From assembly GCA_964384235.1 (NCBI GenBank), contig CAYLJX010000004.1, positions 15,916 to 79,915 of the forward strand: 64,000 bases of DNA, written 5' to 3'. Source of the DNA: an uncultured Bdellovibrionales bacterium (lineage in GTDB: Bacteria; Patescibacteriota; Minisyncoccia; Moranbacterales; UBA1568). Shown piece after piece: positions 39,537 to 47,712 of this stretch (positions are counted from its first letter, which is position 1; each line of letters begins with the position of its first letter). Under the pieces are notes generated by a model, which made no database searches, was not told the DNA's origin, and saw only the letters and a program-made list of their open reading frames with translations. Position numbers and translations under genes: made by a program.

Positions 39537-39986
39537 TCAGGGAGGAAGGTGTTCTTCATCGCAGCCGACGTGTGTCATCGCCATCCTGACCGGCCGATAG
39601 ATACCGTAACGGAGTAAAAAATCCCGCTGTACCTTGTAGGCCTCACGTTCCAGATCGATGATCTTACCGCAACCCACGACCGCTCCGTCACTTGCTGCCA
39701 ATCCATCCCGACCGACACACTGCTTTCCGGAACTGCATTGCAGATAGTGCGTCATCTCATGGACTACGGCCGACGCTGGAAAGGTCTCGAAGTAGTCGAT
39801 CTCCTCGAGCAGATACACCTCCCGGCCGCCGCGATACCACCCGTACACCCTGCATTCCTTTCCGTTGCAGGCGTTCTGCACGAAGAACTCGTGCGGGACA
39901 AATACCACTTGCGGCAGCTCATCGGGTTTTGAGTACCCCGAAAGCGTCACAGCCCATGACAACAGGACTACGAACAGGTCTTCCAC
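39537..39986 (-). CDS. HExxH-containing protein (DUF6647-like)
   Basis: AAGGAG SD before GTG 39986; VVHEMTHYLQ, EREAY; promoter TTGACG-17 bp-TAGAGT at 40074-40102. Confidence 0.65.
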   Translation of the reverse strand: MEDLFVVLLSWAVTLSGYSKPDELPQVVFVPHEFFVQNACNGKECRVYGWYRGGREVYLLEEIDYFETFPASAVVHEMTHYLQCSSGKQCVGRDGLAASDGAVVGCGKIIDLEREAYKVQRDFLLRYGIYRPVRMAMTHVGCDEEHLPP

Positions 39987-40123
39987 GGCAATACTCCTTC
40001 CAAAGAAAAAGAACCGGAAAAATATCTTTATGCGATACGGCACGGGATTCCCCGTACCATCTCCTCTGCCAACACTCTATCGCCAAGCGACCTTTTCGTC
40101 AAAGAGAACGGGCTTGGGAGATA

Positions 40124-40735
40124 TCAGGTCTTACTCTTTCCGATCTGGGGTTTGCGGAGGACGAAGAAAGCGACAGTAGCAACGATCGCTCCGAGCGTGT
40201 CGGCGAGCATGTCTTTCTGCGCGTCCCAGACGTCGCCCTGGCTCCCGAGGTAGGCTGCGCCGGCCGCCGGATCGTTCATGATGGCAAAGATCCACTCGAC
40301 GAGCTCGTAGCCCATGGCCACCGTCGCGATGACAAAGACCGGGTAAGTAAACAAAAGAAAACGGTTCGCCACCAGACGTTTGGCGAGCAGCCACTCGGCG
40401 ATGGCAAAGGCGTAAAACCCGACCGTGAAGTGTGCCATACGGTCGTAATGGTTGCGCTCGAAGCCGAAGAAGTCCGTCACATAGTCGAACGGTACCAGGG
40501 CGAACGTCCAGTGCCCGCCGATGGTGTGGAGATAGACGAGGACGAACATAAGCGCGTAGGCCGTCCGACTGAAGCGGATCCCCGACACGTAGAGTCCGAG
40601 AATGGCCGCGAGAATAATCCATACCGTGAGATTTTCCGCGAACCACGTCGCCCGATCGACCGGATCGATGGCCAGAACAAGAAACAATACCGCATATATC
40701 ACAAGCAGCACAAACAAAAATTTGTTTTTGAACAT
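40124..40735 (-). CDS. DUF2238 (YjdF-like) membrane protein
   Basis: TWFAEN, LHTIGGHWTF, RNHYDRMAHF, YELVEW, LGSQGDVWDAQKDM. Confidence 0.92.
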   Translation of the reverse strand: MFKNKFLFVLLVIYAVLFLVLAIDPVDRATWFAENLTVWIILAAILGLYVSGIRFSRTAYALMFVLVYLHTIGGHWTFALVPFDYVTDFFGFERNHYDRMAHFTVGFYAFAIAEWLLAKRLVANRFLLFTYPVFVIATVAMGYELVEWIFAIMNDPAAGAAYLGSQGDVWDAQKDMLADTLGAIVATVAFFVLRKPQIGKSKT

Positions 40736-40799
40736 AGCGTTTGAATATTCAAAAAAGAACCGTCTCCTCGGCCCCTTATGGACATTATACCCGATTTCG

Positions 40800-41261
40800 T
40801 CACTCCTCGAACAGCTTCAGATATTCGCCGTAGCCTTCGCGTTCGAGGTCCTCTTTGGGGATGAACCGGAGCGCGGCGGAGTTCATGCAATAGCGCTTGC
40901 CGCCTTGTTCCGGCGGACCGTCATCAAACACGTGCCCCAGATGCGAGTCCGCGACGGCCGAACGTACTTCCGTCCGCGTCGAAAAGAGCCGGTCGTCCTC
41001 ATGCAGGGTCACGCTCTCCGGACGGATCGGTTGCGTAAACGACGGCCACCCCGTACCGGAGTCATACTTGTCCCGCGACGAATAGAGCGGCTCGCCTGAG
41101 ACGACATCGACATAGAGGCCCTCGGCATGATTGTCGGCATATTCGTTCGTAAACGGCGGCTCCGTCCCCTCCTCTTGCGTCACCTCATACTGCAAGGGCG
41201 TGAGCTCCGCTTCCAGCTCGGTTTCTGAGGGTTTAATAAATTTTTTCCAATCCTTTTTCAT
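40800..41261 (-). CDS. msrB: Methionine-R-sulfoxide reductase
   Basis: [35 protein letters not shown]. Confidence 0.96.
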   Translation of the reverse strand: MKKDWKKFIKPSETELEAELTPLQYEVTQEEGTEPPFTNEYADNHAEGLYVDVVSGEPLYSSRDKYDSGTGWPSFTQPIRPESVTLHEDDRLFSTRTEVRSAVADSHLGHVFDDGPPEQGGKRYCMNSAALRFIPKEDLEREGYGEYLKLFEE

Positions 41262-41279
41262 AACGACCTGATTATATCC

Positions 41280-42002
41280 CTAAAAATCCCACCCCGTCTT
41301 GGGGACCTCGAAAACAAGAAAGGTCGCGTCGGAAAGCGCTTGGATCGAGACAGTTTCAGATTTCTCTATGCCGATGGCATCGCGATCAGAAAGCGTCTCA
41401 CCTTCGATCTCGACACTACCGGAAACGACGAGGATATAGAGACCGTTTTGAGGGACATGTACCGTATAATCCAACGACTGCCCTTCCTCGAGAGCGCCAC
41501 GAGAGACAAACGCATCCTGATGGATCATGAGCGACCCCTCCCGACCGTCAGGCGATACCAGGAGCTCGAGCGTATTCTTGTTCCATGTTGTCCCGAACGA
41601 TTTCTGATCGTACCGTGGCACGATGTTTCGTTCGCGCGGGAGGATCCATATCTGGAACAACTTGAGTGTGGCGTCTTTGGAGCGATTGTATTCGGCATGC
41701 GTCACGCCGGTCCCGGCCGACATGACCTGTACATCCCCGGCCGGCACGGCATACCGGTTACCCATACTGTCCTCATGCGTCACCGCCCCTTCCATCACGA
41801 GGGTGATGATTTCCATGTTGTCATGCTGGTGCGGACCAAAACCCGAATCCGGCGCGATCGTATCATCGTTTATCACCCGAAGCGTCCCGAAACCCATCCG
41901 TTCCGGATCATACCAGTGAGCGAAGCTGAAACTGAACCGCGTAGACAACCATCCGTGTTCTCCTCTGCCTCTCTCCTTCGCCCTATGAACGATGTATGAC
42001 AT
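41280..42002 (-). CDS. Pirin family protein (YhhW-like)
   Basis: GFG.LRVINDD, HQHDNMEI, MSAGTG.THAE, QIWI. Confidence 0.93.
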   Translation of the reverse strand: MSYIVHRAKERGRGEHGWLSTRFSFSFAHWYDPERMGFGTLRVINDDTIAPDSGFGPHQHDNMEIITLVMEGAVTHEDSMGNRYAVPAGDVQVMSAGTGVTHAEYNRSKDATLKLFQIWILPRERNIVPRYDQKSFGTTWNKNTLELLVSPDGREGSLMIHQDAFVSRGALEEGQSLDYTVHVPQNGLYILVVSGSVEIEGETLSDRDAIGIEKSETVSIQALSDATFLVFEVPKTGWDF

Positions 42003-42035
42003 ATCTCTCCTCTTTTCCTTGCTCCTTTCTACAAG

Positions 42036-42470
42036 TTACTTATCGCTCGTCTCCATATGTTCCCCTCTCTCCACTGCGGCGGGATCCATCCAAAAGTATT
42101 CCCAGATGTGACCGTCGAGGTCGCGAAGGGCCCGACCGTACATGAAGCCCATGTCCTGCGTCTCGCGTGCCTCCGTCCCGCCGGCCGCCAACCCTTTCTC
42201 GACGATCGCGTCCACCGCTTCCTTGCTCTCACATGAGAGCGCGGTCAGCACCTCCGTCACCTTGGACGTGTCGGCGATGTCGGTACCGCGCAAGAAACTC
42301 TTGAAGAACGGCTCCGTGAGAAGCATCGCGTAGATATCCTCGCCGATCACCATGCAGGTCGCCTTGTCATCAGTGAACTGCGGGTTGAACGAATAGCCCA
42401 GGCTTCCGAAAAACGCTTTCGTCTTTTCCAGATCTTTCACCGGCAGATTCACGAATATCTTCGTGGTCAT
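42036..42470 (-). CDS. VOC/glyoxalase family protein
   Basis: IFVNLPVKDL, FNPQFTD, GFMYGR..DLDGHIWE. Confidence 0.92.
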   Translation of the reverse strand: MTTKIFVNLPVKDLEKTKAFFGSLGYSFNPQFTDDKATCMVIGEDIYAMLLTEPFFKSFLRGTDIADTSKVTEVLTALSCESKEAVDAIVEKGLAAGGTEARETQDMGFMYGRALRDLDGHIWEYFWMDPAAVERGEHMETSDK

Positions 42471-42640
42471 ATGACTTTATCATCCCGAACTTACCTGTCC
42501 GCCCCAGGAGGAATCCGGGAACCTTTATGAAATTACACACGTACTACATTACGATACAACAAATCATTTCAGGAAAGAAATCAGGGAAGACGGTAGTGTC
42601 TTCCCTTGAGTATGGAGCGTGGCTCCCTGTCGTATTGTCA

Positions 42641-42967
42641 TCAGCCCTCCTGCGGTTTGGCGGCCGGCTTGGTAGGCTTCTTGACCGGCTTGTCGGCCAC
42701 TGTCGTCTTGACCGGCTTGTCGGCCACTGTCGTCTTGGCCGGCTTGGTAGGCTGGGTCGCCGGAGGGGGGACCGGCTTCTCCGCGGCTGCCTCCTGCGCG
42801 TCCTTGGCTTCCCGCTTCGCGGCGTGCTTGTCCAGCACGTCAGCGGATCCACTGGCAGCCTTGGCGCCGACCCGGGCCATGTCCGCCGACAGACTCATCA
42901 TGCTGGCACAGCCGCCGAGACCAAGGGAAATGACTGTCACCGCAAGAACGGTAAGAACTTTGTTCAC
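42641..42967 (-). CDS. Orphan lipoprotein with Pro/Lys/Ala-rich tail and a 27-bp tandem duplication
   Basis: LGGC lipobox; KTTVADKPV x2 (42680-42733); GTG 42967 with GGGGG SD. Confidence 0.7.
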   Translation of the reverse strand: MNKVLTVLAVTVISLGLGGCASMMSLSADMARVGAKAASGSADVLDKHAAKREAKDAQEAAAEKPVPPPATQPTKPAKTTVADKPVKTTVADKPVKKPTKPAAKPQEG

Positions 42968-43015
42968 GATAAACCCCCTTCGTAAAAAACGCACTGACGG
43001 ATTGCCAGTGCTTCC

Positions 43016-43044
43016 CTTATACCATTTTTTTCTGAAACTGTCAA
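43016..43044 (-). promoter_or_regulatory. Sigma70-type promoter
   Basis: TTGACA-17 bp-TATAAG. Confidence 0.75.
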
Positions 43045-43095
43045 CCGTTTTTACCGGTAAACAGATTATTTATGGCTTGAAAAAGGGAAATTCCA

Positions 43096-43626
43096 TCACC
43101 GGAAACGAATCGGGATGCGGATTTCAGCGGCGTTTTCCGGGAGACCGGAGGGATTGTCTTTTTCGAGGACGAGCGTGCCGGTCGCGGTTTCGGATTCCGG
43201 AAACGTGAGCACTGTTTCGAACGGGACGAATTCCGTCGTCATCCACTCGGCCAAAGCCTGGGCCGGCATGACGGCGAGCTCCTTACCATTGCCATCAAGG
43301 AGACGCACCGGAAAGGACGCCTCGAAATACCACGTTCCCCTCGCTTCCCCCGTGACCCGGAGCGGGCTCGTCACGACGCTCTCCGGGAGAGGAGAACTCA
43401 GACGGACATTGTCATCGGCGTACGGTGTAGGCGTGGCTGTCACCGGAACTGTCGGACACGATGTGAACTCGCACCGGGGCGGCACCCGTCCCACGTACGA
43501 CCCATCGGGACAGAGCCTCGCCTCCATCGTACATGCGACCTCCTGCCCCGAGAGCCGTTGATACACGAAAAACCCTATCCCCCCGATCACCAAGAGACAG
43601 AATATGACGACGAAAGAACGTTTCAT
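43096..43626 (-). CDS. Membrane-anchored protein with a Cys-rich CTMEARLCPDG module and a Gmad2 Ig-like domain
   Basis: CTMEARLCPDGSYVGR..CEF..CP; GEARGTWYFEASFP, WMT, KDNPSGLP. Confidence 0.85.
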   Translation of the reverse strand: MKRSFVVIFCLLVIGGIGFFVYQRLSGQEVACTMEARLCPDGSYVGRVPPRCEFTSCPTVPVTATPTPYADDNVRLSSPLPESVVTSPLRVTGEARGTWYFEASFPVRLLDGNGKELAVMPAQALAEWMTTEFVPFETVLTFPESETATGTLVLEKDNPSGLPENAAEIRIPIRFR

Positions 43627-44096
43627 ACTTTCGGTTTCAATGCTGTAAGGTCCGCGAGGATGGCTTCGGCGTGAGCATCCGGTTTGACGTTCTCATAGAT
43701 TTTGGCGATCTTGCCCGCGGGATCGATGAGAAATGTCGTGCGAAGCGTCCCCATGTACTCGCGTCCCATGAATTTCTTCTTGGCCCACACGTGGTACTTC
43801 AAGACGACGGTCCTGTCCTCGTCGGAAAGCAACGTAAAGGGAAGCGAGTACTTCTCCACGAACTTGGCATGCTTCTTCACCGGATCGACCGACACTCCGA
43901 GCACTACCATACCCTGACGCTTCAGCCGCGCGAAGTTATCCCGGAACGAACAGGCCTCCGCCGTGCACCCCGGCGTATCGTCCTTGGGATAGAAATACAA
44001 GACGACCCACTTGCCGAGATAGTCTTTGAGCGCATGCGTCTTCCCCTCCTGATCCGGGAGCCGAAACCCCGGCGCCTTCGATCCGACTTTGAGCAT
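43623..44096 (-). CDS. bcp: Peroxiredoxin Bcp
   Basis: YFYPKDDTPGCTAEACSFRD; start at ATG 44096. Confidence 0.95.
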   Translation of the reverse strand: MLKVGSKAPGFRLPDQEGKTHALKDYLGKWVVLYFYPKDDTPGCTAEACSFRDNFARLKRQGMVVLGVSVDPVKKHAKFVEKYSLPFTLLSDEDRTVVLKYHVWAKKKFMGREYMGTLRTTFLIDPAGKIAKIYENVKPDAHAEAILADLTALKPKV

Positions 44097-44149
44097 AAGT
44101 AAAATCATTTTCGGATTATCCCTCGCTTGTTTCCTTACACTCCGAAAGA

Positions 44150-44395
44150 CTACTTCTTCCAACGCGGGGCGAAGCGGATGAGGAAGGTGAAGAATTTCGC
44201 CTTGAGCGGATTCATCCCGCCCTTTATCATGTTCTCGTAGGCGCGCTTTTGAAATTCTTTGAGGTCGTTCCCCTCGTAGCAGAGCTTGCCGTCGCGGAAA
44301 CACAGGTTACAGTACCGTTCGTTCTCCCGAGTCATCTGCCCGTGCGCCTCATCCAGCGGCATCATGCAGCTCTCGCAGTGTTTGTGCTTCGCCAT
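44150..44395 (-). CDS. Small putative zinc-ribbon protein
   Basis: CESCMMP...YCNLCF.DG; ends PRWKK. Confidence 0.8.
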   Translation of the reverse strand: MAKHKHCESCMMPLDEAHGQMTRENERYCNLCFRDGKLCYEGNDLKEFQKRAYENMIKGGMNPLKAKFFTFLIRFAPRWKK

Positions 44396-44461
44396 AGTTT
44401 TTGCTTTATTATTACTTTTTCAGTATACACCCGAACGAAAACCGGTCCTGTTTCCGGGACT

Positions 44462-45232
44462 CTAGCGTCTTCGTTTGGCGGAGAGATCCCACACCATATC
44501 GAACTGGAGCCGCATCAGACGGGCGAAGTCCGCGCTCTGCACGACAAACCCGAAGGCCTCGGCCGCCGAACTGACGAACAGCACCTTGTCGCCATAGACC
44601 GTGTAGGCCATGTCCGGAGCGAATCCCGCCGGAGCGAAACGCCGTTCCACGTCGGCATCGCGGTCCTGCCACAGCAAGGCTTTGCCGGATGTGGGAGCCG
44701 GAGCCCAGATGGTCCGCAGACGAAGACCGTTGCGTATCCGTTTCTCGTTGAACGTGGCGAGCTCCTTGCTCCCCAGCGCCCGGATCATCTCATCATACGG
44801 CCAGAGCGCGCAGAGCGTCACCCGCTCGTCCCAGAGCATGTCGTGCATGGCGGTCACGATGGATCGGCGGCCCCGGAAAAACCGGATTCGCGGATCGACG
44901 GACTGATGACCTTTGACGAGCGACTCCTTCTTGCGGGCCAAAGTCTGACGGAGACCCTTGAGACGTTCCTCTTCATCGGAGAGCATCCGCTCCACGTCGG
45001 AAAGATCGCGCACCATGAACTCCGTCCGCCCGTCGATATCGCGCTCCACGATGAGCGTCCGGGCAACGAGGACCTTGAGCTGATCATACACCGACGGCCG
45101 GGTCATACCGAGACGCGTCGCGATCGTACGCGCCGAGGATGCCCCGTTCGCCACCAAGTCGCCAAAGACCACCCGGGCCGGAGCGGGTACGTCGAGCGCC
45201 CCCAAGATGTCGTCGAGAAGACGGTTTGCCAT
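44462..45232 (-). CDS. TrmB-family transcriptional regulator
   Basis: N-terminal wHTH (IATRLGMTRPSVYDQL), coiled coil, YGDKV C-terminal domain. Confidence 0.85.
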   Translation of the reverse strand: MANRLLDDILGALDVPAPARVVFGDLVANGASSARTIATRLGMTRPSVYDQLKVLVARTLIVERDIDGRTEFMVRDLSDVERMLSDEEERLKGLRQTLARKKESLVKGHQSVDPRIRFFRGRRSIVTAMHDMLWDERVTLCALWPYDEMIRALGSKELATFNEKRIRNGLRLRTIWAPAPTSGKALLWQDRDADVERRFAPAGFAPDMAYTVYGDKVLFVSSAAEAFGFVVQSADFARLMRLQFDMVWDLSAKRRR

Positions 45233-45349
45233 ATTTGTCGAAATTCGTCGACAGTATAACAGACTGAAAAGAATCTGGCAAGATGCGGGTACAGCAGTCA
45301 GGACCGTTCATTCACAACCTTGTTCCTAACCCTTTCACAGGAGGCCATC

Positions 45350-45880
45350 ATGGCAAAGAAACCCGTCCTCGCCGTACCCAAAAACACGCTGGAAGCCAAC
45401 GCTTCCCTCTACCGGATCGGCACCATCGATCGCGACATCACCGACATCGAAGCCTCGCTCGCGGCGGCCATCGCCACCCTGCAGAACGAGGCGGTCGCGA
45501 AGCTCAAGTCGCTCGTCAATGAGCGCAAGGATCGGCTCGCCGGTCTCGAGCAGTTCGCCGTCGACAACCGTACGGACATCCTCGCAGGCGGCCGGAAGTC
45601 CGTCGAGCTCGCCGCCGGTGTCATCGGCTGGAAGATGACTCCCCCGAAGGTCGTGCTCGCCCGCGGAGGAGAAAAGAAGGCGCTCGAAACGCTCAAGCGC
45701 CTGAGACTCCAGAAGTACATCCGGACCAAGGAATCCCTCGACAAGCAGTCGCTCCTGCGCGAGCGTCCCGAGATCACAGGTATCCGGTACGTCCAGCGCG
45801 AAGCGTTCTTTGCCGAGGCCAAGACGGATACTCCTCCAGAAGCGGCCGCAAACGTCATCGCCCTGGCGCGCCCCGCCTAG
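45350..45880 (+). CDS. Mu Gam-like host-nuclease inhibitor (DNA end-binding)
   Basis: IG...R.I..IE, NR..I..G.KSV.L..G.IGW..TPP.V, YIRTKESLDK; AGGAGG SD. Confidence 0.8.
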   Translation: MAKKPVLAVPKNTLEANASLYRIGTIDRDITDIEASLAAAIATLQNEAVAKLKSLVNERKDRLAGLEQFAVDNRTDILAGGRKSVELAAGVIGWKMTPPKVVLARGGEKKALETLKRLRLQKYIRTKESLDKQSLLRERPEITGIRYVQREAFFAEAKTDTPPEAAANVIALARPA

Positions 45881-45893
45881 GCACCCCACCACT

Positions 45894-45927
45894 ACCCCGA
45901 CAGACATCGTTCTGTCGGGGTTTTCTT
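45894..45927 (+). terminator. Intrinsic terminator after the gam-like gene
   Basis: accccgacaga catcgt tctgtcggggt tttctt. Confidence 0.75.
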
Positions 45928-45944
45928 GTAAAAAGAATGAAGTG

Positions 45945-46430
45945 CTACAAAATCACCTTTGCAAGAAAAACGATGATCATGATGAGGCCGAGGAGGAATT
46001 TAAGAACGGTGCCACCAAGGAAACCGATGACGCTCCCCCATCCGGCCTTGAGCGAATGCTCCGTGCTCTTGCCAGCGAAGAGGAGTTCCGCGAACGCCGC
46101 ACCGAAAAAAACGCCGAGGATGAGTCCGATGACGTTGAAGACAACCATGCCGACGAGACCGCCGAGGATCGACCCCGTCACGCCCCATCTGGTCGAGCCG
46201 TACCTCTTGGCACCATAGGCACTCCCGAGATAGTCGAAAAGGAGCGACAGCGCGGCTGCGATTCCCAGCACGACGAGCGTCACCACTCCAACCGTCTCGA
46301 TGCCGAACGAAAGGGCGTAGATGAGAATCCCAAGAAAGATGAGTCCCGTCCCAGGAAGCACCGGGAGTACCGTCCCCGCCAACCCAACGAGGAGAAGTGT
46401 CGCGACAAGGATGATGACGAGAGCGGACAT
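45945..46430 (-). CDS. DUF456 membrane protein
   Basis: GTVLPVLPG, GAKRYGST, GAAFAEL, K before the last TM helix. Confidence 0.88.
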   Translation of the reverse strand: MSALVIILVATLLLVGLAGTVLPVLPGTGLIFLGILIYALSFGIETVGVVTLVVLGIAAALSLLFDYLGSAYGAKRYGSTRWGVTGSILGGLVGMVVFNVIGLILGVFFGAAFAELLFAGKSTEHSLKAGWGSVIGFLGGTVLKFLLGLIMIIVFLAKVIL

Positions 46431-46466
46431 GAGATATGAGGTATATGAGATAGGAGATATGAAATC
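46431..46466. repeat. Degenerate 7-mer array (GAGATAT)
   Basis: gagatat gaggtat atgagat aggagat atgaaat. Confidence 0.6.
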
Positions 46467-46524
46467 CGTATTGCATCAGACGATGACGAACGAAACGGTG
46501 ACGAGGTCGCCGTCGGAAAATAAG

Positions 46525-46968
46525 CTATTCCAAATCGAGAGAGCGGGTCGGGCGCATGATGGATTTCGGGTCGGTCTTCCAAGCGTCGGAAACGTCGGCG
46601 TAAAGCTCGAGCTGGTTACCGTCCGGGTCGAGGATGTAGAGGCTGTGCGTCACCGCGTGGTCGCCTGAGCCGACGATGGCGACATTCCCCTTTTCCTTGA
46701 GCTCCCGGTACGCCTCTTTCACCGCATCCGGTCCGTCGCCGATCTTGAAGCCGATGTGGTACAGGCCCGGCTCCGGCAAATGCGCATCCCTCGGCTTCCC
46801 ACCCACCTCCAAGAGCATGAGTTCGTGATGCGTGCGCCCGGCAGAATAGACCGCGTATCCGCGGCCACGGTCGATCTCGTGAAAGCCGAGCGTGTCACGG
46901 TAGAAATCCGCCGACCGTGCGAGATCAGTGACATAGAGCACGACATGTCCAAGTTCGTGAATACGCAT
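46525..46968 (-). CDS. VOC family protein (catechol dioxygenase CatE-like)
   Basis: LGHVVLYV.DL, HHEL, GLYHIGF, SLY.LDPDGNQLELY. Confidence 0.88.
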   Translation of the reverse strand: MRIHELGHVVLYVTDLARSADFYRDTLGFHEIDRGRGYAVYSAGRTHHELMLLEVGGKPRDAHLPEPGLYHIGFKIGDGPDAVKEAYRELKEKGNVAIVGSGDHAVTHSLYILDPDGNQLELYADVSDAWKTDPKSIMRPTRSLDLE

Positions 46969-46973
46969 AGCAG

Positions 46974-47216
46974 TTATTGCAGCGGTATGCCGTTATCGCG
47001 TATGTCGATGATTTGGTTGATTTCCTCTTCGCGTCTTTTCTCTTCCTCTTCTTCCCTTTTGATCCTTTCCAGGTTGCCTTCGATCTGATACTCAGTATCG
47101 ATTTCCGGTGTCGGGGCGACCTCTCCTACTTCCGGTTGAACATCAGGATGTTCCGGCTTCTCAGGCTCCGGCTGATCCTCTTCCTTCCGCGGAACGAATT
47201 TTTCGATGAAATTCAT
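46974..47216 (-). CDS. Small acidic hypothetical protein (80 aa)
   Basis: ATG 47216, MNFIEKF...; Glu/Pro-rich. Confidence 0.55.
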   Translation of the reverse strand: MNFIEKFVPRKEEDQPEPEKPEHPDVQPEVGEVAPTPEIDTEYQIEGNLERIKREEEEEKRREEEINQIIDIRDNGIPLQ

Positions 47217-47220
47217 AGAT

Positions 47221-47260
47221 GATAAGGAGTAAGAGACAAGGGACAAGTAACAAGAAAAGG
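47221..47260. repeat. Degenerate 7-mer array (GACAAGN)
   Basis: gataagg agtaaga gacaagg gacaagt aacaaga. Confidence 0.55.
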
Positions 47261-47265
47261 GGGAG

Positions 47266-47703
47266 TCACGATTTTTTTCTTGTTTTCCACCATTCCCAAG
47301 CAAACATCGCAAGGCTGATGACAACAAAAAGCTCGCTCATCGCGATGGAAACCGACAATTTTGTCGGGCCGATACCAAGCCAACCCCCCACAGAAACCGG
47401 AACCAACGAAATCAAAACAACAGAAACAAAAAACCAACCCAAAGCGAATCGAAACCACTTTATGAAGAGTCCGTCTCGAACAAAAAAGAGAAAAAAAGAA
47501 ACAATAATCAATGCAATAGACAGCCAGTAGAGTGGCTTTCCTACAGTTTGTGAGCTCTTATCAAGACATCCTTGATAATCACCAAAATTATATTGGTTAT
47601 CACAAATACCAAACATCAGCTGATTACGAGTAATGTAGGATATTCCAAACAGCACAACGGCCAACAAAAGAACCGTTATCCTCCACCAATATGTCTTTTG
47701 CAT
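47266..47703 (-). CDS. Low-GC 4-TM membrane protein, candidate immunity partner
   Basis: 145 aa, four hydrophobic segments, Cys pair in the first loop, 9 bp after the lipase gene. Confidence 0.75.
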   Translation of the reverse strand: MQKTYWWRITVLLLAVVLFGISYITRNQLMFGICDNQYNFGDYQGCLDKSSQTVGKPLYWLSIALIIVSFFLFFVRDGLFIKWFRFALGWFFVSVVLISLVPVSVGGWLGIGPTKLSVSIAMSELFVVISLAMFAWEWWKTRKKS

Positions 47704-47712
47704 ATTTTTCTT

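Noticed and set aside
45350-45880. Prophage around the gam-like gene
   Set aside because: No transposase, integrase, structural or lysis genes in the vicinity.
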